This document shows, one piece after another, positions 9,676-19,516 of a stretch of 64,000 bases of DNA. The notes under the pieces are model-generated. The model saw only the letters and a list, made by a program, of their open reading frames with translations, had not been told where the DNA came from and searched no databases. The DNA is from Candidatus Doudnabacteria bacterium (GTDB taxonomy: Bacteria; Patescibacteriota; Doudnabacteria; UBA920; O2-02-FULL-48-8), in NCBI GenBank assembly GCA_039931165.1, contig JBDTSL010000001.1, positions 66,214-130,213 on the forward strand, read 5' to 3'. Positions within the stretch are counted from its first letter, which is position 1, and each line of letters starts with the position of its first letter. The position numbers were made by a program, and so were the translations under genes.

Positions 9676-10117
9676 CGATTTTGTTTAATATTTTTATGAT
9701 CAGGTTATTCTGATTTTCCAGATGCGCCAATATGGCCTCGACTTCGGCTTCTGCTTTGGTATTGACCTGGAAATCGGCTTCCGCGCGGTACTCAGCATGG
9801 CGCGACTGTAAATTTTGGCCAATCATCAGAAGCGGCATCAGAAAGATCTGAATCATATTCGAAATAAAAAGCCACAGGACGAATGCCGGCGCAGGATCAA
9901 AACGATGTTCGAATGGCCCCATGCTATTCCAGGTCAGCCACAAAATCGTCCAAGAAAAAATAATCATGAAAAAACCCATGGTGCCGACATGGTACGTGAT
10001 CCAAACCGCAAGTTTTTCCAGGCCGGACAAACTTTCACGGTGGCGTTTATTGGCGTTGACAATCGGTCCGCCAATTTTTTTGATCGCCTCAAGAGAAGGG
10101 AGTTTTTTTGATTTCAA
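9662..10117 (-). CDS. DUF1003 family membrane protein
   Basis: Two TM helices followed by a C-terminal coiled-coil, the typical DUF1003 architecture. Confidence 0.5.
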   Translation of the reverse strand: MKSKKLPSLEAIKKIGGPIVNANKRHRESLSGLEKLAVWITYHVGTMGFFMIIFSWTILWLTWNSMGPFEHRFDPAPAFVLWLFISNMIQIFLMPLLMIGQNLQSRHAEYRAEADFQVNTKAEAEVEAILAHLENQNNLIIKILNKIDGEK

Positions 10118-10298
10118 AGTGGAAATTTTAAATATGTCCTAATTATACATTATATCCGATTATATGCCCAGGACTTGACAAAATGGCCAAAAAGGAGTAT
10201 AAATGTATATTTAAATGCCACGAAGAATCTCACCGCTGTCCATTGTAGTCCGCATCAGCGGCCGTGTCCGAAAGCCGCTGCCCGAGTGAAAATTTTCG

Positions 10299-12272
10299 CT
10301 ATTTTTTATACCTGTTCTGTGCCCACCAAAGGTACCCAGCCTTAGCCACTGGCCCAGCCACGGCGTAGCCCTCACCTCCGGCTTCCACCAGCACGGTGAT
10401 GGCGATTTGCGGGTCGTCAGACGGCGCGTAGGAGGTAAACCAGGCGTGATACCGGGTTAAATCTCTTGCGTCAAACTGGGCTGTGCCAGTTTTTGCGGAT
10501 ACCTGGATCGGCAGATCGTTCAGGGAACGGCCGGAGCCTTCTGTCACGGTCTGGCGCATCCCGTCCTGGACAACTTTTATGACTTTCGGGTCAAATATAT
10601 TTTCCGCCAAAGCTTTGGGCGAACCTTTTGCCAGGACTTTGCCGTTTTGCCCCTGTACTTCATCCAGAATGTACGGCTGCATGATTTTCCCGCCATTGGC
10701 GACCGTGGAGGTCCAACTGTTGACCTGCAAAGGTGTGACCAAAACATCGCCCTGACCGATCGATTCATGATAGGTGTCTCCCAGATACCACCTTTCGCCT
10801 TTCACCCGCAGTTTCCATTCCGGGTCCGGCACCAGTCCCGGTTTTTCACCGGGCAGGTCTATGCCCAAAGTCCGGCCCAGATTAAATTTCTTAAACCAGG
10901 CAGCAATGCGTTCAGGCCCCAGTCCGGCAAATCCTGTCTTCGTATTCCCGCCGCCCACCGTATAAAAATATATATCTGAAGATCTTGCAATCGCGGAATA
11001 AATATCCATCAGACCGAGTCCCCCGTGTTCGTAGCCGTAAAAAGTAAATGCCCCGACCCGGATCACTCCGTCATCCAGGATTTTTGTCCGGGTGTTTATC
11101 ACCCCTTCGGACAAACCGGCGGTGGCCATGACCGGCTTGATGGTGGAGCCGGGCGGATAAGTGCCGCTGACTGCGCGGTTGAGAAGCGGATTGTCGGAGC
11201 CGCTGATCAGATGAGAATATTCGTCCACAGTAATGCCGCGGGCAAACATGTTGCTGTCAAATGATGGCATGGAGATGAGTGCCAGGACCTGGCCTGTTTT
11301 GGGATCCGTAGCCACCACGGTACCTTTATTTGCGCGTGCCTTGTTCATCTGGACAACCAGACTGTCATACAGAATTTTTTGGAGATCATAATCAATGTTC
11401 AGTTTTATATTATTCCCCGGTTGGGCCGGAATTTCGGCAAGCGTCCGCTTGAACAGCCCGTTGGCGTCAATTTCCGCCTGCCTTTTGCCTGGGACGCCGC
11501 GCAAGTATTGCTCGTACTGATACTCGAGGCCGGTTTTACCGATGTAATCATTCAAAGCATAATCCGCGTCCTTATGCGAACTCAGCTCGTCAGAGGTGAT
11601 TTTCCCCGTATATCCGACCAGATGGGTAAACGCCAAGGGGTCTTTATATTCCCGGATAGCGTTATTTTGCACATTAAAGCCCTTCCATTCATCCTGTTTG
11701 GCGATCAGGACCAAAGCCTGATCTTTGGTAATATCCTGAACCAGGGTCTGGGCCTGAAAGGAATCCGGATGCATTTTACTGATATCATCCTCGAGCTCAG
11801 ACTGGTCTTTACCAACCACTGCAGCAATTTGCGTAACCTGCGCCTGAAATTCAGCGGAATCTTTGGGCAGGTCGGATGTCGTCACCACCAATTCAAAGTT
11901 CGGAACATTGCCGGCGATGACTTTGCCGTAATGATCAAGCAGCAGCCCGCGGGGCGCCAGAACATCCTGCACGCGAAGCTTGTTGCCCTCAGCCAGTGCT
12001 TTATATTCAGCTCCTTTTATCGCTTCCAGATAAAAAATCCGGCCAAATAAAATCACAAGACACACAAAGGCGATTGTGCCCAGCGTCCTGTAATTCAGTT
12101 CTTCGCGCTCGTCTTCCAAAACATCCGAGTCTTCGTTTTGCAAATCCATAAACGCCTCTTCGAACGCGAGATTTTTACCGGACTTGATTTTTCGCCCCGG
12201 AGAATTATTGACTTCGAATGGGTTGCTTACCCCGCCCGAATTTATTGAAGAATTTTCTTTAAAATTAAACAT
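10299..12272 (-). CDS. mrdA: Peptidoglycan D,D-transpeptidase PBP2 (class B PBP)
   Basis: SxxK (STIK), SxN and KTGT motifs. Sits immediately downstream of mreBCD. Confidence 0.85.
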   Translation of the reverse strand: MFNFKENSSINSGGVSNPFEVNNSPGRKIKSGKNLAFEEAFMDLQNEDSDVLEDEREELNYRTLGTIAFVCLVILFGRIFYLEAIKGAEYKALAEGNKLRVQDVLAPRGLLLDHYGKVIAGNVPNFELVVTTSDLPKDSAEFQAQVTQIAAVVGKDQSELEDDISKMHPDSFQAQTLVQDITKDQALVLIAKQDEWKGFNVQNNAIREYKDPLAFTHLVGYTGKITSDELSSHKDADYALNDYIGKTGLEYQYEQYLRGVPGKRQAEIDANGLFKRTLAEIPAQPGNNIKLNIDYDLQKILYDSLVVQMNKARANKGTVVATDPKTGQVLALISMPSFDSNMFARGITVDEYSHLISGSDNPLLNRAVSGTYPPGSTIKPVMATAGLSEGVINTRTKILDDGVIRVGAFTFYGYEHGGLGLMDIYSAIARSSDIYFYTVGGGNTKTGFAGLGPERIAAWFKKFNLGRTLGIDLPGEKPGLVPDPEWKLRVKGERWYLGDTYHESIGQGDVLVTPLQVNSWTSTVANGGKIMQPYILDEVQGQNGKVLAKGSPKALAENIFDPKVIKVVQDGMRQTVTEGSGRSLNDLPIQVSAKTGTAQFDARDLTRYHAWFTSYAPSDDPQIAITVLVEAGGEGYAVAGPVAKAGYLWWAQNRYKK

Positions 12273-12298
12273 CGTTTATATTATCCGTTGATGGCTAT

Positions 12299-12835
12299 TT
12301 ATTCATACAAATTCAGGCGGGGCGAGTGCTTGCCGAACTTTTTTGTTAATTTTTCAGTAAATAGATAATATTTAAAAACAGGGTAGGTAAAAATTAAATT
12401 AAACATTAAAGTCAGCGGTAGGTCCACCTTAAAAACATAATTATAGTCCAAAGCAGTACTCAGGCGAAATATGCCGAACAACCGGTTCATTACCAGAAAT
12501 ATTATGAAATAAACGATCGTGGACGCGGCCACCGAAGTGAATAATATGATCTGGCTGGATTCGCGGGCTAAAACCGAATTGACAATAAAATAAAGCAACA
12601 AAAATACGCATACCATTGTCATGGTAACCAAGCCGTCAGGGGTTCCGGAGAGGAAATCCAAAAATAATCCTCCGGCAATGGTTAATCCAAGCCCCAGATT
12701 AAAACCTGCAAGTAGTGTGCTAACCACTGCCATGATCAAAACCAAATTCACAGGAGACAGGTGTAGGGGCATCAGCACGCCGGCCTGGACGACCAGTAAG
12801 ATGAATAAAGAAAGTAGCCAAATTGTCGGACGCAT
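12299..12835 (-). CDS. mreD: Rod shape-determining protein MreD
   Basis: Polytopic membrane protein in the conserved position between mreC and mrdA. Confidence 0.55.
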   Translation of the reverse strand: MRPTIWLLSLFILLVVQAGVLMPLHLSPVNLVLIMAVVSTLLAGFNLGLGLTIAGGLFLDFLSGTPDGLVTMTMVCVFLLLYFIVNSVLARESSQIILFTSVAASTIVYFIIFLVMNRLFGIFRLSTALDYNYVFKVDLPLTLMFNLIFTYPVFKYYLFTEKLTKKFGKHSPRLNLYE

Positions 12836-12965
12836 ACCTTATAAACCTTCAGCGAGGTCTGTTGAAAAATTAGCCTTCACAGGCCGACCTTAGTCGGCCG
12901 AGAACGCAGGCTGCGAAATTTAATGAATTTCGACAGCCGATAATTTTTCAATCAGACCGAGCGCA

Positions 12966-13766
12966 TTATTGGATCACAAACAGAAACCTGAGTCCACGGA
13001 GGTCGGCTGCCTGCGAGACAAAGGCTTTTTGGAACAATTCCGTTGTGGATGACCTGATGCCGGCCACTTCTCCGATAAATAATCCGCGAGGAAAATCATC
13101 AGAAAGCCCGGAAGTGATGACCTCATCGCCGGTTTTGATCAATTCGTTTTGCGTGACCAGGTCCAGGCTTAACCCAAGCCCGTGCTCACCGCGAACCAAT
13201 CCGCGGGCGCCTGAATCCACCACCTCGGCATTGATCACAACCGAAGGATCCGTGATCAGGGTCACCTGACTTGAGTTCGAATAAAGCTTGGTGACTTTCC
13301 CGACCAAAAGCCCCGGAGCCGCCACTATAGGCTGATAAAGGCCAATCCCTTCATTTGAGCCCTTATCAATCGTTATGACCTGAGTAAACCCGGTCGGATC
13401 GGAATTCAGGACCTCTACCGGCAAAAGCTTGAACGAAGAGGACTGCTTGAAGTTAAGCGCTTTACGGAGACCGGTATTCTCCTGCTGTGCGGATTTCAGG
13501 CGGGCATTTTCAAAAGCCAACTGATCGATTTTTTGGGATAACGCCGAATTTTCAGACGCCAAGTTCTTGATGGTGAACAATGTTTCAAAAATCCCCTTGC
13601 CGGCATTCGTAACGTTCTCAACGCGGTTTGTGATTGACCCAAAAACCCTGAAAAACCCATCCTTCAACAAACCAAGGTATCCGCGGGCATCCAGAATAAC
13701 CAATAGCGCCAGGATGACAAAGATCGTAAATATCTTGGCAAAAGTTTTGGTGTATATAAATCTCAT
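12966..13766 (-). CDS. mreC: Rod shape-determining protein MreC
   Basis: N-terminal TM helix, coiled-coil and a C-terminal beta domain. Synteny with mreB and mreD. Confidence 0.7.
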   Translation of the reverse strand: MRFIYTKTFAKIFTIFVILALLVILDARGYLGLLKDGFFRVFGSITNRVENVTNAGKGIFETLFTIKNLASENSALSQKIDQLAFENARLKSAQQENTGLRKALNFKQSSSFKLLPVEVLNSDPTGFTQVITIDKGSNEGIGLYQPIVAAPGLLVGKVTKLYSNSSQVTLITDPSVVINAEVVDSGARGLVRGEHGLGLSLDLVTQNELIKTGDEVITSGLSDDFPRGLFIGEVAGIRSSTTELFQKAFVSQAADLRGLRFLFVIQ

Positions 13767-13780
13767 AAAAAGTACATAGA

Positions 13781-13843
13781 GAGGTAGTACGTAGTAGGTA
13801 GTTTTTTCTACCTACTACCTCCCTACGTACTACTCACTACCTC
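13781..13843. repeat. GTAG-rich imperfect palindrome (GTAGTACGTAG ... CTACGTACTAC; GTAGTAGGTAG-T6-CTACCTACTAC) in the mreB-mreC spacer
   Basis: 11-bp inverted repeat pairs seen directly. Shares the 11-mer CTACGTACTAC and the 12-mer GTAGGGAGGTAG with the element at 23173-23247. Confidence 0.6.
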
Positions 13844-14895
13844 GGTATTTGTTCAAACTCTGTCAGCACCAGAACTTCTTTCAGGCTTTCCAGATCCTCG
13901 AGCACAATTCCAGTGCCCCGCACCACCGCAGTCAAAGGATCATCGGCAACCTGGACCGGCATCTGGGTTTCGTCGGCGATCATCCGGTCTAGGCCGCGCA
14001 GCAGCGCTCCGCCGCCCGCAAGCGTGATGCCCCGCTCCATGATGTCGGCTACGAGCTCGGGCGGGGTTTCTTCCACCACCGACTTGATGTTATTCACGAT
14101 CATGCGCACGGAGCGGGACAGTGCAAGCCTGATCTGCTCATCAGACACAATCACTTCTTTCGGAAGTCCTGTGACCAGGTCGCGGCCCCGGATGTGGGTT
14201 TTCATCCGCTCTTTGATCGGAATCGCCGAGCCTATCCTGATCTTCACTTCTTCCGCAGTGCGCTCGCCGACCAGCAGATTGAATTCATCGCGGGCAAACT
14301 GGATGATATTCTCGTTCATTTCATCACCGGCCACTCGGATACTGCGGGAAACCACTATGCCTCCAAGGGAAATTACCGCTATCTCCGAAGTTCCTCCGCC
14401 GATATCCACGATGAAAGAACCTTGAGGGTCCTGCACGGGCAAGCGAGCGCCGATTGCCGCGGCCATGGGCTCTTCGATCAGAAAAGCCATCCGGGCGCCG
14501 GCATTAAGCGTGGCGTCCTGCACCGCCCGCTTTTCGACTTCCGTCACCCCTGACGGAATGCCTATCACCACCCGAGGCCGGGAGAGAAATCCCAAAGCCG
14601 CCTGGTTTACTTTATCGATAAAATACCTCAGCATCTGCTCGGTGACTTCGAAATCGGAAATAACACCGTCCACTAAAGGCCGGTGGGCCACGATATGCGC
14701 GGGGGTGCGGCCGACCATGCGCTTGGCTTCATCGCCGATAGCCAGGATCTGCTTGGTTTTTTGGTTGATCGCCACAACTGACGGCTCATTAATAGCAATA
14801 CCCTTGCCTTTAACATAAACAAGGGTATTGGCCGTGCCCAGATCAATTCCTATGTCTTTGGAGAACTTGTCGAACACAAAATCGAGGATAGCCAT
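13837..14895 (-). CDS. mreB: Rod shape-determining actin homolog MreB
   Basis: IGIDLGTANTLVYV phosphate-1 motif, DIGGGTSEIAV and family-wide similarity. Confidence 0.9.
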   Translation of the reverse strand: MAILDFVFDKFSKDIGIDLGTANTLVYVKGKGIAINEPSVVAINQKTKQILAIGDEAKRMVGRTPAHIVAHRPLVDGVISDFEVTEQMLRYFIDKVNQAALGFLSRPRVVIGIPSGVTEVEKRAVQDATLNAGARMAFLIEEPMAAAIGARLPVQDPQGSFIVDIGGGTSEIAVISLGGIVVSRSIRVAGDEMNENIIQFARDEFNLLVGERTAEEVKIRIGSAIPIKERMKTHIRGRDLVTGLPKEVIVSDEQIRLALSRSVRMIVNNIKSVVEETPPELVADIMERGITLAGGGALLRGLDRMIADETQMPVQVADDPLTAVVRGTGIVLEDLESLKEVLVLTEFEQIPR

Positions 14896-15055
14896 TTGTC
14901 ATCTTCCTAAATAATTGCAGCTGGAGGGGCAGAGAGGTGGATCAAGAATTAAAGGAATCGGTACGGTTTGTTTTATTTAATTTTTTATGTTTGATTTTCT
15001 AAATTGTCGGTTAAATTTTATTTAATTGTAATGAATTTTTATTGACTGTAAATTT

Positions 15056-16513
15056 TTAATATGATTGCGCGAATAACCATCGCCGTGAGGCATTTTTTCC
15101 GCACGCAAAGCATTTTAAATCTTCTTTTTTGTTTATCAATTCTAGTTCCAAAACCCGGGGAGTGGCTTTGGTGTCGGCTTTCACCCTGGCCTCGCAGTCG
15201 GGCTGTTCGCACCAGGGTACGCGGATAAAGGCCTTTTTCTCTTCAAGAATTCTTTTAAACTCGTGGATTTCGCTGGCCTCAAATGTCAGGGCTTTTTTGT
15301 TGTCATCCGATTTCTTATAGAGATCTTTTTGGATCAAATCCAGCATATCGCTTACCGATTTGTCTATTCCTTCGGCTTTCATCTGCCCTTTTTCAAAGTT
15401 ATCCCTGCGAACGTATTGGACAGTTCCGGCTTCCAGCTCCTTACCGCCAATCTCTAATCTTAGAGGCACGCCCTTCAGCTCCCAGTCATTGATGCGGAAA
15501 CCAAGGGAAGACTTAAAATTATCGTCCAGCTCGGCTCTGATATCTTTAGTCATGAGCATGCTCATGACTTTTTGCGCAAACTTAACCACAGCTTCCTGGA
15601 CTTTGGGGTCTTTATTTGATATCGGCAATATCACTACCTGCACCGGAGCGATCTTCGGCGGCAAAACCAGGCCCGAGTCGTCGCCGTGGGTTAGGATCAA
15701 TCCGCCCACGGCCCGGGTTGAAAATCCCCAGGAAGTCTGATGCACAAACTGTTTTTCGCCTTTTTCGTCGAGATATTGCACATTGAAAACTTTTCCAAAT
15801 TTCTCGCCCAGATAATGCGACGTTGCGGCCTGCAAGGCCTTACCATCAGGCATGACAAGTTCTATGGCGTAAGTTTCCACCGCTCCGGCAAAAGTCTCAC
15901 CCCGGCTTTTCAATCCGACATACAGGGAGATGCCGTAATATTCTTCGTAGAATTTTTTATACCACCCCAGCGCTGTCAAAACCATTTTCATGGCGTCCGC
16001 GCGGTCGGCATGAGCAGTGTGCCCCTCCTGCCATAAAAATTCGGAGGTCCGAAGGAACGGGTAGGTCCGCTTTTCCCATCGAACGATATTGCACCATTGG
16101 TTCAGTTTCATGGGAAGATCGCGGTGGCTATGTATCCATTCGGCGAATTTTTGCGTGATCACGGTTTCCGAAGTCGGCCTTACAGCCAGAGGCTCGGCTA
16201 ACTTTTCCCCGCCTCCAATAGTCACCACGGCCAGTTCCGGCGAAAATCCTTCGACGTGTTCCTTTTCTTTCTGAAACAAGCTCATCGGAATAAAGATCGG
16301 GAAGTATACGTTTTGCACGCCGCCTTCCTTGAACCACGAATCCAAAACAGCCTGGGCTTTTTCCCAAATCGCATAGCCGCGGGGCCTGATGATCATGCAA
16401 CCTTTTACATCAGAGTATTCAGCGAGTTCGGCACGCAAAACAACATCATGATACCAATCAGAAATATTTTCTGATTTTTTGGTCAGCCCCTTTTTTTCAA
16501 ATGATTTGGTCAT
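15056..16513 (-). CDS. proS: Prolyl-tRNA synthetase, archaeal/eukaryotic type
   Basis: Class II motifs and a C-terminal Zn-binding CxxC...CxxC tail typical of archaeal-type ProRS. Start chosen at MTKSFEK; an alternative ATG lies at 16534. Confidence 0.85.
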   Translation of the reverse strand: MTKSFEKKGLTKKSENISDWYHDVVLRAELAEYSDVKGCMIIRPRGYAIWEKAQAVLDSWFKEGGVQNVYFPIFIPMSLFQKEKEHVEGFSPELAVVTIGGGEKLAEPLAVRPTSETVITQKFAEWIHSHRDLPMKLNQWCNIVRWEKRTYPFLRTSEFLWQEGHTAHADRADAMKMVLTALGWYKKFYEEYYGISLYVGLKSRGETFAGAVETYAIELVMPDGKALQAATSHYLGEKFGKVFNVQYLDEKGEKQFVHQTSWGFSTRAVGGLILTHGDDSGLVLPPKIAPVQVVILPISNKDPKVQEAVVKFAQKVMSMLMTKDIRAELDDNFKSSLGFRINDWELKGVPLRLEIGGKELEAGTVQYVRRDNFEKGQMKAEGIDKSVSDMLDLIQKDLYKKSDDNKKALTFEASEIHEFKRILEEKKAFIRVPWCEQPDCEARVKADTKATPRVLELELINKKEDLKCFACGKNASRRWLFAQSY

Positions 16514-16519
16514 GTGCCA

Positions 16520-16548
16520 ATTATAGCAGTTCACCGCAGGCTTGACAA
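16520..16548 (-). promoter_or_regulatory. Sigma70-like promoter for proS (TTGTCA-17-TATAAT); the -10 ends 6 nt before the ATG, suggesting a leaderless mRNA
   Basis: The minus strand reads TTGTCAagcctgcggtgaactgcTATAATtggcacATG. Confidence 0.45.
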
Positions 16549-16570
16549 AACTGTCAAAAAAGCGTATAGT
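16542..16570 (+). promoter_or_regulatory. Opposing sigma70-like promoter (TTGACA-17-TATAGT) sharing the palindromic -35 region TTGACAAAACTGTCAA
   Basis: The plus strand reads TTGACAaaactgtcaaaaaagcgTATAGT. The only plus-strand material downstream is ~100 nt of non-coding sequence ending in a T-run at ~16682. Confidence 0.3.
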
Positions 16571-16689
16571 TGATAGTCAGTAGCAATTCGCACTGGCCCA
16601 AAACCAACGTTACAGGAGAATAGCAGGAGAATATATGTCGAGGAAAGGTCATTTCGACGGCAGCAAGCATCTCGGGGTCTTTTTTTTGC

Positions 16690-17808
16690 CTAAAATATCC
16701 TTTCAAACAAATTTTTAAATTGCGTACTATAATGTCCTACGTCTTTTACCGTCACCAAAACCATCAGCAGGAGCAATAATACAAATCCCGCGGTGTTCGC
16801 CCACTGCTCGGCCATGATCGGCAATTTTTTTCTGCGGATTTTTTCAATTAACAAAAACAATATCCGCCCGCCGTCCAGCGCCGGGAACGGCACGGCATTG
16901 ATGATGGCCAAATTCGCTGACAGCACCGCTGTGAATTGCAGGATATAAATGAAACCGAGAGCCGTCACGTCTTTGGTCAGCACCGCGATTCCGACCGGCC
17001 CGGAAAGAGCGGCTGTGACAGGCTGACCATGCAAAAATTGTCCGATAATGCCCGCGAAAGCGGTAAGAGTAAAGGACATCAAATTATACGTGGCAACCGC
17101 GCCCTTATATGGCGCCTGATACCAAGGATAAGAAACATAAGCTACGCTTCCTAGTGCGATACCGAGCGCGCCTTCTCCCGCTGGAGGGTTAGCCCTGGGC
17201 GTGATGATCTTGTCAATTACATCTGTTCCTCTTTTTATAGTAAATGTTGTCGGCTGGCCGGCATCGGCCGAGGTTTGTGTTTGCATATCCTGGATCGAAC
17301 TCACCGGTTTGCCGTTGATCTTCAGGATCGAATCGCCTGGTTTAAGACCGGCAGCCGCGGCTGGAGTTTTATCCCCAACCTCCAGAATTCCTATGGTCTG
17401 ATTTTTTATATGCGCGGATGCGGGCAGTTGCTCTCCTTCGTCGATGACTGTCGGTAGCCCCAGGCCCATGCCGATCGAGATCAAAACCCAGGCCAAAATC
17501 ACGTTCATGGTCACCCCGGCGATCAAAACCGAAAATCTGCGCCAAAAACTTTTGTTGCCGAAACTTTCAGGGTCAATGGAATCTGTGCCGTCCTCGCCCA
17601 AAATTTTTACAAATCCGCCCAAAGGGATCCAATTTATCGAGTAAAGCGTCTCGCCTTTTTTTATCCCAAACAGGCGAGGAGGAAATCCAAAACCGAATTC
17701 TTCGACCCTCATCCCGGCCCTTTTTGCCATTATGAAATGCCCCAGCTCGTGTACGAACACCAGGAGGCCGAGAATTATTATAAAAACTAAAATTGCTAGT
17801 AAAATCAT
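16690..17808 (-). CDS. rseP: RIP metalloprotease RseP (site-2 protease, M50 family) with a PDZ domain
   Basis: HELGHFIMAKR HExxH in the first TM, a central PDZ domain and a C-terminal LDGG motif. Confidence 0.85.
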   Translation of the reverse strand: MILLAILVFIIILGLLVFVHELGHFIMAKRAGMRVEEFGFGFPPRLFGIKKGETLYSINWIPLGGFVKILGEDGTDSIDPESFGNKSFWRRFSVLIAGVTMNVILAWVLISIGMGLGLPTVIDEGEQLPASAHIKNQTIGILEVGDKTPAAAAGLKPGDSILKINGKPVSSIQDMQTQTSADAGQPTTFTIKRGTDVIDKIITPRANPPAGEGALGIALGSVAYVSYPWYQAPYKGAVATYNLMSFTLTAFAGIIGQFLHGQPVTAALSGPVGIAVLTKDVTALGFIYILQFTAVLSANLAIINAVPFPALDGGRILFLLIEKIRRKKLPIMAEQWANTAGFVLLLLLMVLVTVKDVGHYSTQFKNLFERIF

Positions 17809-17829
17809 AAATAGATTATAGGTTATAAA

Positions 17830-18387
17830 CTATATTGTTAAAACTTCCTTCTCTTTAGCGTCCGCTATTTTTTTGATCTGTTCGTTATATTTATCGACGA
17901 CAGCCTGCAGTTCCTCCTTGCCTGAAATCTTATCATCCTCGGAAATCTTTCCGTCTTTTTCAAGTTTCTGGATCTCTTTCCAGATCTCTTCGCGGACATT
18001 CCGCACAGCCACGCGGGCTTTCTCGCTCATTTGGGACACGACTTTCACCAGTTCCTTTCTTCTTTCCTCGGTCATTTGAGGAATGATCAGCCGGATAAAA
18101 CTTCCGTCATTGACGGGATTGATCCCCAAATTGGATGCTTGCACGGCTTTTTCGATATCTTTCAAAGCGTTCTTGTCATAAGGCTGAATCGTGATCATGC
18201 GCGGTTCAGGCACCGCGATCTGAGCCATGTGCATCACGGGGGTGGGCACGCCGTATGATTCCACCATTAAATTTTCGACCAGTCCGGCAGAAGCGCGTCC
18301 GGTGCGGAGCGAAGACAGTTCGTTTTTCATATATTCCAAGGCTTTGGCAAAGTCCGGTTCTTTTTTACTGACTATATCTGTATCCAT
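17830..18387 (-). CDS. frr: Ribosome recycling factor
   Basis: Aligns over its full length to Frr (…LRTGRASAGLVENLMVESYG…). Start chosen at MDTDIVSK. Confidence 0.9.
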   Translation of the reverse strand: MDTDIVSKKEPDFAKALEYMKNELSSLRTGRASAGLVENLMVESYGVPTPVMHMAQIAVPEPRMITIQPYDKNALKDIEKAVQASNLGINPVNDGSFIRLIIPQMTEERRKELVKVVSQMSEKARVAVRNVREEIWKEIQKLEKDGKISEDDKISGKEELQAVVDKYNEQIKKIADAKEKEVLTI

Positions 18388-18391
18388 ATAA

Positions 18392-19516
18392 TTATTGGCC
18401 GGATGCCGATTGAGCAGGCCCCATTCCGGCATAAATATTATTATTGCTTTGCGGGTCCACTAAAATTGACCGGATACCGGCGTTTGTCGGCAAAACTTTG
18501 GTTTCCCAGCTCACTCCGCCGTTCAAACTTTTAAAAATAGTGGATGAGACGGCGACGAACAGATTGTTTGAGTTGCTCGGATTCACTGCCACCGCGTGAA
18601 CTCTGGTCGAGGAACTCCGTACCGGCAGGCTTAAAAAAGCCCAGCTGGCGCCGTCATTTACGGTCCGGAATAGTCCTTGATCCGTGCCTAAATATAGCAC
18701 TCCTGACTGTCTTTTATCCAGAGCCAGATCATAGAACGCGCCGGCTGAGACAGATGTTCGGTTGCGACTGCCCAAATTGTCGGTGGTGAAAGAGTTAGAG
18801 ACGGAACTCCAACTCGAACCCTGGTCGGAACTTTTTTCCACACCTTTGCGGGCAGTTAAGGCATAAACCGTCCCAGACGAACTGAATTTAATTTGAATGA
18901 TCCGGTCCGCAAAATCCGTGGTTGCCTGCCAAGCGTGGCCGCCGTCGGTGGATCTGATGATTTGACCCGAATTAAGGCCGGCCAGCACCAGCGACGGGTT
19001 GGTTTGCGAAACTGCGATTGCCAAAACCGTATTGTTTTTCGACGGTTCGGTATAAATGTCAACCCAGGAAGTTCCGCCGTCCAGGCTTTTTATGATCTTG
19101 CCGTTGGTGCCGACAATCCCCGAAGCGTAGAGATTATTAGCCTGAAACGGGTCGATGGCAATGTCCGCCGCAGCGATGCCTGATAAAATATAGCGCCAGG
19201 TTTTCGCGCCGTCATCCGATTTATATATCCCGCTTGATGCTGCCAGGTATAAAACGCTTGAATTGCCGGTGTCAAAAACCAGGGCATTGGCCGTAACTGT
19301 GCTGATGTCCCCTTTCTTTGCCATGACTTCAGCCGGCCTGAATGTTTCGCCGCTGTCCTCAGATTTAAAAACTCCCTGAGCTCCGCCGCCGCCAAAATCA
19401 AAAATACCGTTTACCAGATCACAGCTGGCCGCGGTCAGAGAAAGTCCCAAGATTAGGATTAAAAATTTTTTTCCGGCGAAGCCGGACCCCGCTTCGCGGG
19501 ACATTTCCTTTTTCAT
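18392..19516 (-). CDS. Secreted BNR/sialidase-like repeat protein (Ycf48-like beta-propeller)
   Basis: Signal peptide, then multiple S-x-D-x-G-x-T/S-W (BNR) repeats. Confidence 0.65.
   Translation of the reverse strand: MKKEMSREAGSGFAGKKFLILILGLSLTAASCDLVNGIFDFGGGGAQGVFKSEDSGETFRPAEVMAKKGDISTVTANALVFDTGNSSVLYLAASSGIYKSDDGAKTWRYILSGIAAADIAIDPFQANNLYASGIVGTNGKIIKSLDGGTSWVDIYTEPSKNNTVLAIAVSQTNPSLVLAGLNSGQIIRSTDGGHAWQATTDFADRIIQIKFSSSGTVYALTARKGVEKSSDQGSSWSSVSNSFTTDNLGSRNRTSVSAGAFYDLALDKRQSGVLYLGTDQGLFRTVNDGASWAFLSLPVRSSSTRVHAVAVNPSNSNNLFVAVSSTIFKSLNGGVSWETKVLPTNAGIRSILVDPQSNNNIYAGMGPAQSASGQ

Noticed and set aside
10174-10202. Plus-strand TTGACA-17-TATAAA promoter-like sequence downstream of mrdA
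   Set aside because: No plus-strand ORF or terminated transcript follows, so it is likely a fortuitous match in AT-rich DNA. The adjacent CAGCGGC...GCCGCTG hairpin lacks a T-run.
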